DNA from: Chloroflexota bacterium | GTDB taxonomy: Bacteria > Chloroflexota > Dehalococcoidia > UBA2979 | Length of the DNA stretch: 64,000 nucleotides | NCBI GenBank assembly: GCA_947479915.1 | Contig: CANKAU010000007.1 | Coordinates: forward strand, 16,190-80,189 | Direction of reading: 5' to 3' | Part shown: positions 51,139-61,390 of the stretch, piece after piece | Layout: each line of letters begins with the position of its first letter | Position numbering within the stretch: position 1 is the stretch's first letter | The notes under the pieces: model-generated | Told to the model about the DNA's origin: nothing | Database searches by the model: none | What the model saw: only the letters and a program-made list of their open reading frames with translations | Made by a program: the position numbers and the translations under genes

Positions 51139-51315
51139 GACCGATGTACTCCGGAAGCGAACGCCTCGCGAACGGTGCCGCAAGGTACCGTGCTCACCAT
51201 ACGGGCCGATACGCGCTGTGCTCAATCAGCAAAGTTGGCAATCGAAGCCGGGAGCGGCGCGAAATCCCGGTAGTATTGCCGCGCTCCTACATCGTCATCA
51301 CAAAGGCCACTCGCC

Positions 51316-52059
51316 ATGCCGTCCGCCATGCCTCGCGTCTCGTTCCGCCGCATCCTGCTGCCGATCCTCGGACTCGCCGCCGTGCTCGCGATCGGGGTCG
51401 CGCCCTCGACTGCGCTCGGCCAGCAGCCCGGCCCGACGCGCGCGCAGATTGAGTCCGCGACATACCCCGTCCCGGTAGCACCCGGCGGCACCGCGACGCT
51501 CATCGGCGGGAAGTTCGAGGTCGCCGCCGCGCCCGGATCGGCCAGCAAGATCACCGCGACGCTCGTCTCCAGCGCGAACGGGGTCATCGGTGGCCAGCCG
51601 GGCGCCGCGGTGGTACTCGCCACGAGCGGCGGTGGCAGCGGCACATTCTTCGAGCTGTACGTGTTGGATGTGACCGCGCAGACCATCGCGCGCGTGTCGC
51701 TCGGCGTCCGGATCCGTCTGGACGGGCTGAGCATCTCGACGGCGGGCCAAATCGCGGTCGCGATGGGGGTGCCGGCATCCGGCGCCCCGCTATGCTGCGC
51801 CACCGGACAGCAGACGCGCTTCTACGATCTGCAGAAGACCCCCGCCGGCTCCTTCGACCTGGTGCTGGTGCGCACGGCGACCGCGGTGGTCGACCCGCCC
51901 CGCCCCGTCCAGCCGCCGCGGCCCGCGACGACCGGCACCGGCGGCATCGAAGCACCGCGCGGCGTGGGCGCGCCGTTCGCGTTCCTCGTGCTGGCGTCCG
52001 TGCTGGTGGGGAGCGCCGCCGCGCACGTCGCGGCCGGTCGAGGCTGCCCGCGCTCCTGA
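51316..52059 (+). CDS. Secreted protein with C-terminal membrane anchor or sorting-like signal
   Basis: Signal peptide; GGSGTFFEL and PLCCAT core; PRPATTGTGG followed by a TM helix. Confidence 0.7.
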   Translation: MPSAMPRVSFRRILLPILGLAAVLAIGVAPSTALGQQPGPTRAQIESATYPVPVAPGGTATLIGGKFEVAAAPGSASKITATLVSSANGVIGGQPGAAVVLATSGGGSGTFFELYVLDVTAQTIARVSLGVRIRLDGLSISTAGQIAVAMGVPASGAPLCCATGQQTRFYDLQKTPAGSFDLVLVRTATAVVDPPRPVQPPRPATTGTGGIEAPRGVGAPFAFLVLASVLVGSAAAHVAAGRGCPRS

Positions 52060-52066
52060 GAGCGTG

Positions 52067-52519
52067 CTAGTCAGGCGGCAGGCGATCGTCCGGCGAGAGG
52101 ATGGCGAACATCGCGTTCGCAACGCCGACCAGACGCCCCTGCCCGTCGAACAGCTCGGCGTTGGTGTGCCACGCACGGCGTCCTCGGCGCAGCACCATGC
52201 CGACGACGCGCAGGCGATCGCCCGGCGCGGGTCGCAGCCAGCGGATGTCGAGCTGCATCGTCGCCGACATGTCGTGAGGCGCGATCATCGAGTGGATCGC
52301 GGCGGCCATCGCGCTGTCCGCGATCATCGTCCACATGCCGCCGTGCAGGACGCCGTTCGGGTTGTAGTGGCGCGGCGCGACGTTCAGCGTGATCTCGGCC
52401 CACCCTTCGCCCGCCGCCGTGAGCGCGAAGTCGAGGTCCCGGAACAGCGGTACGGTCATCTTCTGCTGAAGCCGCTGCAGGATGACCGGGTCGTTCACTC
52501 GCGCAGTGTCATCCGTCAT
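52067..52519 (-). CDS. PaaI-family thioesterase
   Basis: NPNGVLHGG..TMIADSAM. Confidence 0.9.
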   Translation of the reverse strand: MTDDTARVNDPVILQRLQQKMTVPLFRDLDFALTAAGEGWAEITLNVAPRHYNPNGVLHGGMWTMIADSAMAAAIHSMIAPHDMSATMQLDIRWLRPAPGDRLRVVGMVLRRGRRAWHTNAELFDGQGRLVGVANAMFAILSPDDRLPPD

Positions 52520-52578
52520 GCAGCCTCCGGGCGCACATCTCGTTCTCGCGGGTCATTCGAGGCTGGCGGCGGGCGGCG

Positions 52579-52998
52579 CTAGCCCTCGCGCGCCCGGCAG
52601 TCCGGGCACACGCCGTAGACCTCGAGCCGGTGCGCGTCGACGCGGTAGCCGGTACGACGGGCGATATCGTCCAGCAGCCCCTCGAGGTCCCCGGACGCGA
52701 AGTCGCTCACGGCGCCGCACTCGGAGCAGACGAGGTGGTGGTGGTGGCCGCCGGAGGCGAGGCGATAAGCGGCGGTGCCGTCGTCCAGCACGACCTGGCA
52801 GACAATGCCGAGGTCCTGCAGCAATCGCAGCGTGCGAAAGACGGTAGCGCGCCCCACGGCAGGGGCTGCCTCGACCACGTCGTCGGCCATGAAGTGATCG
52901 CCCAGGCCCTGCATCACCTCCACGAGCGCGCGACGCGGAGCGGTCAGGCGGAAGCCCTCGCTCGCGAGCGCGCTCTCAATGCTGTCGATGCTGGCCAT
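52579..52998 (-). CDS. Fur-family regulator (Fur/Zur)
   Basis: RLTAPR, ATVFRTL, HHHHLVCSECG, YGVCPDC. Confidence 0.93.
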   Translation of the reverse strand: MASIDSIESALASEGFRLTAPRRALVEVMQGLGDHFMADDVVEAAPAVGRATVFRTLRLLQDLGIVCQVVLDDGTAAYRLASGGHHHHLVCSECGAVSDFASGDLEGLLDDIARRTGYRVDAHRLEVYGVCPDCRAREG

Positions 52999-53062
52999 AA
53001 CGTCATGCTCCCTTGAGGTTCAGGGTCTGTCAACGAACCAGCCGAACAGGCAGAATGAACTG

Positions 53063-54226
53063 ATGAACAGACAACGCGCACGACTCGCACTGTGGGTGGG
53101 CACGACGACGTTCGTCTGCTTCATCTGTTATCTCGCGCTCACCTCGCTCATCCCGTTCCTCGTCGGGGCGGTGATCTCCTACGCCTTCGCGCCGGTCGTG
53201 GATCGGCTGCTGGTGCTGATCCCACTGTCGAAGCCAGATCACCTCGCGCTCCGCCGCGGGCTGGCGGTCTTCGCGATCTACCTCGTCTTCTTCGGCGCGA
53301 GCACGGTGGCGCTGCTGTCGCTCATCCCGATCGCCGCCGAGCAGTTCCAGCACTTCATCGAGCAGCTCCCCTCGATCCTCGAATCGGCACGCACGCAGAG
53401 CATGGGGCTCGTCGAGCAGTACCAGCAGCGCGTCCCGCCCGAGGTGCAGGTGCGGCTGAACGCGGCCGCCGAACAGGGCGCAAGCACCGTGGCGAGCGTG
53501 GTCGCCGGGGCGGTGCAGACGACCATCTTCACGTTGACCAGCACGGTCGGGTTCCTCGCCGGGCTCGCGATCGTGCCGTTCTGGATGTTCTACGTGATGC
53601 GTGACCGGCACATCGCCGGACGCAACCTCGTGCTCGCCGCGCCGATCGAGGTGCGCGAGGACGTGCGGCTGATGCTCGCGCTGTCCGATCGGCTGCTCGG
53701 CCGCTACATCCGAGCGCAGCTCGTCCTCGGCCTGGTCGTTGGCGTCGCCGTCGGGGGAGCGCTCGCACTGCTCGGCGTCGACCTGTCGCTGGGCCTGGGC
53801 GTGTGGGCCGGACTGACGGAGCTGATCCCGATCATCGGGCCATGGATTGGCGCGGTGCCCGGCCTGATCCTGATCGTCGCGACCGATCCCGGCAAACTGC
53901 CGTGGGTCGCGCTGGTCTACTTCATGGTGCAGCAGTTGGAAAACAACTTCCTCGTGCCGCGCATCCAGGGGCAGGCGCTCGACATGCACCCGGCGATCGT
54001 GATCATCCTGCTGGTGGTCGGCGGCGCGGTATTCGGATTCGCGGGGTTGGTCGCAGTGATCCCGGCGACCGCGATCCTGCGGGAACTGTTCTGGTACCTC
54101 GACCGGCGGCTGCTGGGCCAGGAGCCGGAGCAGGCGTTCGCCGCGAGCCACGTCAACGCTGGCAAGCGATCGGACGGCACGGAGGACGCGTCGACGGCCG
54201 CAGAGCCGCTCGAAGTGGTGCGGTAG
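53063..54226 (+). CDS. AI-2E family transporter
   Basis: YIRAQL, LIPIIGPWIG, QQLENNFLVPRI, MHP. Confidence 0.9.
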   Translation: MNRQRARLALWVGTTTFVCFICYLALTSLIPFLVGAVISYAFAPVVDRLLVLIPLSKPDHLALRRGLAVFAIYLVFFGASTVALLSLIPIAAEQFQHFIEQLPSILESARTQSMGLVEQYQQRVPPEVQVRLNAAAEQGASTVASVVAGAVQTTIFTLTSTVGFLAGLAIVPFWMFYVMRDRHIAGRNLVLAAPIEVREDVRLMLALSDRLLGRYIRAQLVLGLVVGVAVGGALALLGVDLSLGLGVWAGLTELIPIIGPWIGAVPGLILIVATDPGKLPWVALVYFMVQQLENNFLVPRIQGQALDMHPAIVIILLVVGGAVFGFAGLVAVIPATAILRELFWYLDRRLLGQEPEQAFAASHVNAGKRSDGTEDASTAAEPLEVVR

Positions 54227-54236
54227 GCCGAGGACG

Positions 54237-55091
54237 CTAGCGCGTCGAGGCGCGCTTCGGGAGCGTTGCCATCAGGACGACGGGGCCGGTCGCGGCCGGG
54301 TCGTCGGCGCGGCTGGTGGCGACCACGTACACCCGCACCGCCTCAAGACGCGTGTCGCGCTGGAGCGCCACGCGCGCGCCCATGCTGCTGTCCGGCACGA
54401 ACGAGGCGGCAAGCGTTAGCTGCGACAGCGGATCCTCCAGCCAGACGCGGTACGCGCCGCCGAGCGGCAGGCTGGGCAGCGAGTGCAGGACGAGGACACT
54501 GGCACCCTCGAGCTCGCTCGTGAGGTAGGCCCCGCCGGCGCCGTGACTCGCGGCGGTCTGCTCCATGACGGTGGCCACGGCCTTCGGGTCGGCCTGCACC
54601 TTCTGTACCGCCTGCTCGTCCTTCAGCGCGGAGTTCAGCTGCAGGCTCAGCGTGCGCGCCTCCTGCACCCCGCTCGCCGCGCCCGCGAGCCGGTCGAGGC
54701 GCTTCGCGTCGGATTCGACGACCGCGCTGAGCGCGGCGGTCTGGTGACGCAGCTGCACGAGCGTGGTCTGGAGCGTTGCGGCCCAGATCGTGACCGCGGC
54801 CAGCGCGGCGGCGAGGACGTACACCGGCATGTGCCGGCCGGAGAGCGACGGGCGCCAGGAGCGGCGGCGGCTTCGGCGTGCCGCGGCGAGCACACGCTCG
54901 CGCAGGGCGGGGTCGGCGCGCCGCAGCGGTACGGACAGCGCGATGAGGTCGGCGATCTCACGATATGCACGGAACTGTGTCGCAGCGGCAGGGTCGGTGC
55001 GGATCAGGTGATCTGCATCCACCGCGTCGGGCGCGCTCAACGTGCCCAGCGCGTGCGCAGCGAGCAGTTCCTCGCGCTCCTCGGGCGTCAT
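54237..55091 (-). CDS. Anti-sigma factor, RskA-like
   Basis: ELLAAHALGTL N-terminus, TM helix, C-terminal YRVWL; overlaps the ECF sigma gene. Confidence 0.82.
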   Translation of the reverse strand: MTPEEREELLAAHALGTLSAPDAVDADHLIRTDPAAATQFRAYREIADLIALSVPLRRADPALRERVLAAARRSRRRSWRPSLSGRHMPVYVLAAALAAVTIWAATLQTTLVQLRHQTAALSAVVESDAKRLDRLAGAASGVQEARTLSLQLNSALKDEQAVQKVQADPKAVATVMEQTAASHGAGGAYLTSELEGASVLVLHSLPSLPLGGAYRVWLEDPLSQLTLAASFVPDSSMGARVALQRDTRLEAVRVYVVATSRADDPAATGPVVLMATLPKRASTR

Positions 55092-55798
55092 CGCGACACC
55101 CGATCGGATTCCCAGGTGGAGAACTCGGCGAGCGACTCGCGCAGCTTCCGCATGCCAAGGCGCACACGCGTCTTCACGGTGCCCAGCGGGTCACCGGTGC
55201 GCTCTGCGATCTCCACGTGCGTGAGGCCGCCAAAGTACGCCAACTCGATCACCCGTCGCTGCGCAGGAGGCAGTCGCGTCATCGCCGCTCGCACGGCTGC
55301 GCGCGCCTCCGCGACCATCAGTTCCGCCTGCGGGTCGTCCAGGTGGCCGACCGCTGCAATCTCGTGTCCCGGCTCGTCATCCTCGACGTCTTCGGAGCGC
55401 ATGCGCCGCGTGACGCGCCGCAGCTCATCCAGTGAGCGGTTGCGCGTGACCGACATGAGCCAGCTGATGAACCGCCCTCGCGTCGGGTCGTAGGAGATGG
55501 GCTGCCGCCAGAGGCGGAGGAACACCTCCTGCACCACGTCCTCCGCCAACTGGGAGTCGTGGAGCACCCGCAGGCTGACGGAGAACACCAGCGTGGAGTA
55601 GCGGTCGTACAGCAACTCCAGCGCAACGATGTCGCCAGTGGCGAGCGCGGCCATCAGCTCGGCGTCCGTCGCGTCCGGGCGCGCGTTCGATCGCCTGCTA
55701 CTCAGGGATACGTCTGTACCGGCGGCGCGGATTCGCGCACGCAGCCCCGCCGCCCGCTCACGGGGCGAAGGCGAGGACGGAGCGGGGGCATCGACCAC
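55088..55798 (-). CDS. ECF sigma factor (SigK-like)
   Basis: LYDRY, AEDVVQEVFL, YDPTRG, LAYFGGLTH.EIA....PLGTVKTRVR; GGAGG RBS before GTG at 55798. Confidence 0.9.
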   Translation of the reverse strand: MVDAPAPSSPSPRERAAGLRARIRAAGTDVSLSSRRSNARPDATDAELMAALATGDIVALELLYDRYSTLVFSVSLRVLHDSQLAEDVVQEVFLRLWRQPISYDPTRGRFISWLMSVTRNRSLDELRRVTRRMRSEDVEDDEPGHEIAAVGHLDDPQAELMVAEARAAVRAAMTRLPPAQRRVIELAYFGGLTHVEIAERTGDPLGTVKTRVRLGMRKLRESLAEFSTWESDRVSR

Positions 55799-55919
55799 AG
55801 GGGTCCTCCGCAAACGCAGGTGGGGGCCGGCGGTGCGGCAATGATAAGCAAAGTGGTAGCCGCGTGTGTGCGCGTGGGTACACACGCGAGATGGGGCACC
55901 TCGTGGGATCGAGGATGCG

Positions 55920-56753
55920 CTAGACGGCAGCGCCGGTGGTGAAGAGCAGCCCCCGCGCGAGCACCTCGCCGGCGAGGAGCAGGCCGAGCGCGATGTAGAG
56001 CAGGCCGGTCGCGGACATCATGCCGCGGATGGTGGCGGCTTTCCACGCGAGCACCGTGACCACCAGCGGGAAGACGAGGCCCGCGGCAACGCGCAGCCAG
56101 AACGCCGGGTTCGCGCCCAGCGAGATCGCGAACGCGCCGTCAGCCAGCGGCACCTGCCGCGCCGGGATCGCCACGCCGAGGGCGACCGAGACGACCTCCA
56201 GCACGATCGCGGCGAGCAGCACCAGCGACATCTGCTCCATGGGCTCCTTGGGGAGTCGACCCGAGGTGAGGTACCAGTGCCCCCAGAGCATCGCCATCAG
56301 CGAGCCGCCGAGGACGCTGGTCGCGGCGACGAGGCTGAGGAACATGCCCCCGACCGACCACGCGGGCTGCCCGAGCCACAGCGCGAGCACGACCAGCGAG
56401 ACGAGCCCGAGGACGCTGCCGATCGCGCCGAGGACGACCTCCAGCCGCTGCCGCTCCATCACCGCGGCGATCGTGTGACCGGTCGTGGCGACGATGAACG
56501 CGCCGAACGCGACGCCGAACGGCCGCAGCCACGCCGAGGCGAGCGCGTAGCCCTCGACCTCGTTCGTCGGAGCGAGCAGGAGGTATGTCCACCCGGCGAG
56601 CATCGCCAGCGGCAGCACGGTGAGCGCACCGGCCTTCACGTAGCCCGCGGTCACCTGCTTACGGGCGTCGAAGACCGTCATCATGGCGAGCCCGCCGATG
56701 GCGAGTTCGACCAGCAGGACGAGGACGGTGTACGGGAGGGATGCTGCGCTCAC
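55920..56753 (-). CDS. Polytopic membrane protein (DmsC/NrfD-like or unknown family)
   Basis: About 8 TM segments; MLWGHWYL and SATGLLY motifs. Confidence 0.7.
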   Translation of the reverse strand: MSAASLPYTVLVLLVELAIGGLAMMTVFDARKQVTAGYVKAGALTVLPLAMLAGWTYLLLAPTNEVEGYALASAWLRPFGVAFGAFIVATTGHTIAAVMERQRLEVVLGAIGSVLGLVSLVVLALWLGQPAWSVGGMFLSLVAATSVLGGSLMAMLWGHWYLTSGRLPKEPMEQMSLVLLAAIVLEVVSVALGVAIPARQVPLADGAFAISLGANPAFWLRVAAGLVFPLVVTVLAWKAATIRGMMSATGLLYIALGLLLAGEVLARGLLFTTGAAV

Positions 56754-56860
56754 CGGCCCATCGTCGGTGGCGGGCAATCCTCGGTCAACGCGGGCCTGGG
56801 GCGGGCGAGGTCGCCCGGCCGGTGGGCAGCGCGCGCGGGCTGTGTCAGGATGGGCGCACC

Positions 56861-57391
56861 ATGCCGCAATACGTCGTCGCGCAGTACGGGGATCGCCGCC
56901 GCTACCTGGTGAAGGCGCTGCGCGAGATCGGCCACCGCATCACCCGCCTCGCCTCCCGCATGGACGACGACGACCTCGGCCGCGTCGCCCCCGGCGAGGA
57001 GTGGAGCGTCACCGAGATCGTCGGCTACCTCCGCGACAGCGAGCGCGAGGATCTCGCCGCCCTCGAGGCGATGCTGCGGGTCGATGGGTCGAAGATCGCC
57101 GACCGTCGCGCGATCCGGCACGTGGACGACGGCGCGTACCGCAAGGCCGACCCTGCCGACCTCCTGTGGGACTTCGCCACGCTGCGCGACGAGACGGTCT
57201 GGCTGCTGGAGAGCGCCGGCACCGCGTGGAACCACGTCGGCATCCACCCCTACCGCGGCGAGGTCCCCGTCCTCGAGTTCGTCGCCGAGATGAACGAGCG
57301 CGACCTGGACGCGATGTGGCGCATCCAGCGCGCCCACGACGCCCTCCGCCCCCCCGGCCGCGAGCAAGTCACGGGCCTCGCCGAGCCCTAG
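56861..57391 (+). CDS. DinB-like protein with the His ligands replaced
   Basis: EWSVTEIVGYLRDSE, GIHPYRG, MNERDL. Confidence 0.75.
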   Translation: MPQYVVAQYGDRRRYLVKALREIGHRITRLASRMDDDDLGRVAPGEEWSVTEIVGYLRDSEREDLAALEAMLRVDGSKIADRRAIRHVDDGAYRKADPADLLWDFATLRDETVWLLESAGTAWNHVGIHPYRGEVPVLEFVAEMNERDLDAMWRIQRAHDALRPPGREQVTGLAEP

Positions 57392-57394
57392 CGC

Positions 57395-59254
57395 CTACCA
57401 GGCGGGGGCGGCGGTGGCCTGCTCGATGGCGCTCAGGAGGCCGTCGGGCTGCGTGACGGGGGCGGAGCAGACGGAGCCGACGCAGACGTAGGCGACGCGG
57501 GTGCGGTCCAGCGGCAGGTCGAGCTGGCGCATCAGGAGATCGTCCTGCGGCAGCGACAGGCGTTGCACGGTGCGCGCCGCCAGCGGCAGCCGCAGCGCTT
57601 CGAGGAACAGCGGGTCGGCGACGCGATCCGGCTCACCCGCCGGCCATTCCGACACGATCTTGAACTCCGGCTCCGCGGACAGCAGCCGATCGACGACGCG
57701 CGCGAAGTCGGCGATCGCGAGACCGCGCGCCTCGAGGCCGTTCGCGAAGCCGCTGAGCGTCTCCAGCGCGACCTGCAGGTGGCGCTCGTCGTGCGTGAGA
57801 CGACCGAGCCACAGGAACGCCTCGGCGACGGCGACATTCTCGGCGATCGGCATCACCGGCTCGGCGAGGAGCGCCGTGTCGTCGTGCTCGTCGGCGGTGT
57901 CCCAGAAGCCACGGCCCGGCTCGCGCCAGCTCCGCTGCAGCGCGCGCGCCAGCGCCCGGGCCGCGTCGAGGTGCGCCTCGAGGCCGGTGACCTCGTAGGC
58001 GTGGAGGAAGGCGAGCATGGTGTGCGCCTGGTCGCCGAGCAGGCCGAGGAACTGCGCCCCGTCGTCCCACGTGTGGTAGACGCCGGCCTCGCCCGCGCGC
58101 ATCCGCGCCGCGAGGAAGTCGACCGCGCGCAGCCCGCGCTCCGTCCAGTCGCGACGGTTGAACGCGATGCCACACGCCATCAGCCCGCGCGCGGCGATCG
58201 CGCACGAGGACGCGAACACGCGCTCATCGACCGCGGGGGCCGGCACCAGCGAACGCGCGACGCGATCGGGCAACGCGGCGTAGTCCTCGTCGGCGTCCTG
58301 CGCGTTGGCGATCCCGCCGAGGTAGTTGCCCAGAGTGGCGCTGATGTACGCGACGGTCTGCTCGACGGGCTCGCGGAGGCGGTCAGCGGCGTCCTCATCA
58401 GAGATCGCGACCTCGGCGATCGCGAGGAGCATCGCGCCCTGGTCGACGGCAAGTTTCTCGACGTGCGGGTGCGACCAGTCCGGCTGCGTGGCGTAGCGGT
58501 AGAAGCCGCCATCGACGCCGTCGTACAGCCCGCCCTCCACCATCTGGTCGAGGACGAACGCGGCGCGGTCGAGCACGTCCGGCGTGCCTCGACGGTGGTG
58601 GGCGTAGCGCCAGAGGCGCAGTGCGTCGGCGTGGGGGAAACGAAGGAGCGCACGCGTCTCGTCGGGCGCCGTCGCCTCCTCGCGCTCGGGCTCCCGGAAG
58701 CCGCCGGTCGTCTCGTCGTAAGCGGCCTCGAGGATGTCGAGTGCGACGTCGAGGATGGAGGGCGTGAGCGATCCGGCGGTGCGACGACCGGCCTCGGCGG
58801 CACGCTCCGCAGCACGGGTGGCGCGAGCCGTCTCGATCACGGCGGTCAGGCCGTCGCGGTTCACGAGCCACGACTCCTGGACGCCCTGCAGCGCGTCGAG
58901 CATCTGCTGCGGGTCGAGGTAGGTGGTCTTCGCGATCACGTCGCCGTCGCTGGTCAGGAAGGCCGTCGTCGGCCAGCCGCCCGCGTTGTAGCGCGCGTTG
59001 ACGTCGGGGCGCTCATCAGTGTCGACGCGGATCGCGACGAAGCGGCGCGTGATCAACTCGATCACGCGCTCATCGGAGTACGTGGTCTCATCCATCACGT
59101 GGCACCAGTGGCACCACGTCCCGGAGATCGAAAGCAGCACGGGCAGGTCGTTGCGACGTGCGACGTCGAACGCCTCGTCGCTCCATTCCTGCCACGGAAT
59201 GGAATCGGCGCGATTCGGTCGCGGAGAGAAGTGGAAGGGCCCGGCGTCCGTCAC
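57395..59254 (-). CDS. DUF255/YyaL (SSP411-like) thioredoxin-domain protein
   Basis: WCHWCHVMDETTY, ERPDVNARY..GGWPTT, GGFYRYA...W..PH.EK, AYVC..SVCSAP. Confidence 0.9.
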   Translation of the reverse strand: MTDAGPFHFSPRPNRADSIPWQEWSDEAFDVARRNDLPVLLSISGTWCHWCHVMDETTYSDERVIELITRRFVAIRVDTDERPDVNARYNAGGWPTTAFLTSDGDVIAKTTYLDPQQMLDALQGVQESWLVNRDGLTAVIETARATRAAERAAEAGRRTAGSLTPSILDVALDILEAAYDETTGGFREPEREEATAPDETRALLRFPHADALRLWRYAHHRRGTPDVLDRAAFVLDQMVEGGLYDGVDGGFYRYATQPDWSHPHVEKLAVDQGAMLLAIAEVAISDEDAADRLREPVEQTVAYISATLGNYLGGIANAQDADEDYAALPDRVARSLVPAPAVDERVFASSCAIAARGLMACGIAFNRRDWTERGLRAVDFLAARMRAGEAGVYHTWDDGAQFLGLLGDQAHTMLAFLHAYEVTGLEAHLDAARALARALQRSWREPGRGFWDTADEHDDTALLAEPVMPIAENVAVAEAFLWLGRLTHDERHLQVALETLSGFANGLEARGLAIADFARVVDRLLSAEPEFKIVSEWPAGEPDRVADPLFLEALRLPLAARTVQRLSLPQDDLLMRQLDLPLDRTRVAYVCVGSVCSAPVTQPDGLLSAIEQATAAPAW

Positions 59255-59422
59255 ACGATCCTCGTCGTTCCAGTGGCGACCACGCGCCACGCCATAGATC
59301 GAGCGTAACACCCGCGGATCGTTCGTCCGCTTGGGGTTCGCCCGCATGCGACGCCGAAGGCCTCGCACTGATCACAACGCGCGGGTGACGCGACACGTTA
59401 CGGCCGAGACGTCCCGACTACC

Positions 59423-59950
59423 TCACAACGCGCAGTACCACTCCTCGGCGGCGCGGGCCGCGCCGTCAGCCTCCCACCGCTCGATGTTGCCGGTCGGCGC
59501 GAAGCCGTGGCGTGCGTAGAGCCGCTGCGCGCGCTCGTTCTCGGTCGCGACCCAGAGCGACAGCCCGGCGGCGCCCCAGCGCACGGCCCAGTCGATCACC
59601 GTCTCCATGAGCGCGTCGGCCCAGCCCTGCGCGCGGAGATCCTCGTCCACCCACATCGCACCGAGCGTACCGAGGTGCGGCGGCACCTCGCTCAGCGCGG
59701 CGTACAGCGTCCCGCCCAGGACGCCGTCGCCACGGTCGACGACGAAGAGCGCGCGGGGATCGTCCCCGGCGACGGAGGTGGCGAGGTCGTGCCACGTCTG
59801 CTCCGGGTCGGAGAGTGCCTCGGCGAGCGTCTGACCGTAGGCGGCCGGCTCGCGCTCCAGCGCGCGGAGGCGGGCGGCGCGGTACGCCAGCCCCTCGTCC
59901 GCGCGGAGACGGCGAAGCTCCAGCGCCCCGGCGGGCTCGGAAGAGGCCAT
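59423..59950 (-). CDS. GNAT acetyltransferase
   Basis: MWV...RAQG, LWV..EN.RA..LY..HGF. Confidence 0.88.
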   Translation of the reverse strand: MASSEPAGALELRRLRADEGLAYRAARLRALEREPAAYGQTLAEALSDPEQTWHDLATSVAGDDPRALFVVDRGDGVLGGTLYAALSEVPPHLGTLGAMWVDEDLRAQGWADALMETVIDWAVRWGAAGLSLWVATENERAQRLYARHGFAPTGNIERWEADGAARAAEEWYCAL

Positions 59951-59960
59951 CGCGGGCGGC

Positions 59961-60503
59961 CTAGAAGCCCAGGTCCTCGTGGCCGAGCAGCGTGCGCGCC
60001 AGCGACGCCTTGCCAAGGTGGCTGTTCCCGTGTGCGATCAGCACCTGCCCGATGTGCTCCGAGCGCGAGCACTCGCCCCACGGCTTCAGCAATACTGCCT
60101 CGGCGAGGTACTCGTCGGTCATCGCGGCAACGCGCGGGACGGAGGCGTCGCGCAGCGCGCGGACGTAGTCGAGGAACAGCGCGGGATCGGGGAAGCGCAG
60201 CGAGCGGGCGTCCTCGGTGCTCATGCCGGTGCCCTGCGCCACCTTGGGCAGCGCGAAGCGGTCGTTGTAGCCCTCGCGCAGCCACAGCGGCGTTTCGCGG
60301 TCGAAGACGAAGAACAGCACGTTGTCGATGGTCCGCGCGACGTGCCAGATGTCGAAGCCGATCGAGTTCGCCTGCGCATGCGGCAGGTGGTTCAACTCGT
60401 CGACGCTCAGATCCTCGATGCTGCGAATGCAGTTCTCGAAGACACGATCGAGAAGCAGCGCGTAGGTCGCTGCGTTCGCGGAAGTGGACGGCGCGTCGGT
60501 CAT
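59961..60503 (-). CDS. DinB-family protein
   Basis: NSIGFDIWHVAR.ID and H.NSHLG. Confidence 0.85.
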   Translation of the reverse strand: MTDAPSTSANAATYALLLDRVFENCIRSIEDLSVDELNHLPHAQANSIGFDIWHVARTIDNVLFFVFDRETPLWLREGYNDRFALPKVAQGTGMSTEDARSLRFPDPALFLDYVRALRDASVPRVAAMTDEYLAEAVLLKPWGECSRSEHIGQVLIAHGNSHLGKASLARTLLGHEDLGF

Positions 60504-60542
60504 GGGGGGCTCCTCGATTGATGCGGGCTGGTGGGCGACCGG

Positions 60543-60947
60543 CTAGCCGCGGCGCGACGCGATGACGAAGAAGACGCCGGCGAGGATCAGCAGCGCGGGC
60601 AGCCCCATGCGGAGCAGACCGGACGCCATCCACCACAGCAGTTGCAGCCCCTCGAAGGCCATCGCGATGCCGATCACGACCAGGACGAGGCCGACGAGCA
60701 GCGTGGTGTTCGCGCTCGCGGTGCCGACCGGCACGCCGGCGTCCGGGTCAGGCGCCGGCATGATCGCCCATAGCACGGCGTAGGCCAGCAACCCGCCCGG
60801 CCCCATCGTGAACACCGCGAGCAGCACGAACCCCACGCGCACCAGCGTCGCGTCGATCCCGAAGTAGTCCGCGAGGCCGCCGCAGACGCCGCCGATCTTG
60901 CGGTCGTCGCTACGCGTGAGACGCCGCGGCTGCGGGCGCTCCTGCAT
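60543..60947 (-). CDS. pspC: PspC-domain membrane protein
   Basis: RS.DRKIGGVCGGLADYFGIDATLVR...Y..LWAIMP. Confidence 0.88.
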   Translation of the reverse strand: MQERPQPRRLTRSDDRKIGGVCGGLADYFGIDATLVRVGFVLLAVFTMGPGGLLAYAVLWAIMPAPDPDAGVPVGTASANTTLLVGLVLVVIGIAMAFEGLQLLWWMASGLLRMGLPALLILAGVFFVIASRRG

Positions 60948-61390
60948 CACGCACGATCCTTCAGCAACTGCTCGATCGTCTTCAGGTCGCCCTCGGAGAT
61001 CTTGTGCAGATTGCCGCGGAAGCACATGCCGAGCTTCTTCGGTCCGAAGTTACGCGTCTTGTCCAGGAGGTCAGTGATCTCGCGCACGTCGATCGCGTTG
61101 CCGGGCTTCGCGATCACCACCGGCTTCGTGGCGATGCGGTACGGGTAGTCCTCGCCCGGCTTGCCGTCCGAGCGCAGTCCGATGTCGCTCGTGTCCGCGA
61201 ACATCTCGCCCGTGACCTCGACGACGCCGCCGAAGAGCACGTCCTTCGTCAGGTAGTAGACGATGCGGTCGCCGGGACGCATCTCGGAGGACTGCTTCTC
61301 GCGCGACGCCTTGAACGGCGAGAGGTCGAACCCACGCTCACGCAGCACCTCGAAGTTGTCGACGGAACCGACGTTGATCCAGGCCTGCAT
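60947..61390 (-). CDS. EVE-domain protein
   Basis: W......DNF, MRPGDRIVYY, YPYR, ISEGD. Confidence 0.8.
   Translation of the reverse strand: MQAWINVGSVDNFEVLRERGFDLSPFKASREKQSSEMRPGDRIVYYLTKDVLFGGVVEVTGEMFADTSDIGLRSDGKPGEDYPYRIATKPVVIAKPGNAIDVREITDLLDKTRNFGPKKLGMCFRGNLHKISEGDLKTIEQLLKDRA

Noticed and set aside
51225..51300. Possible riboswitch in the intergenic region upstream of the GltD-like gene
   Set aside because: Hairpins are possible, but I could not match conserved motifs of any known riboswitch class; an Rfam search is needed.
55838..55856. AATGATAAGCAAAG as a Fur/Zur box upstream of the ECF sigma gene; similar half-site near 61936-61947
   Set aside because: Only a half match with no convincing palindrome; the first is also explained as a minus-strand -10 (TATCAT).
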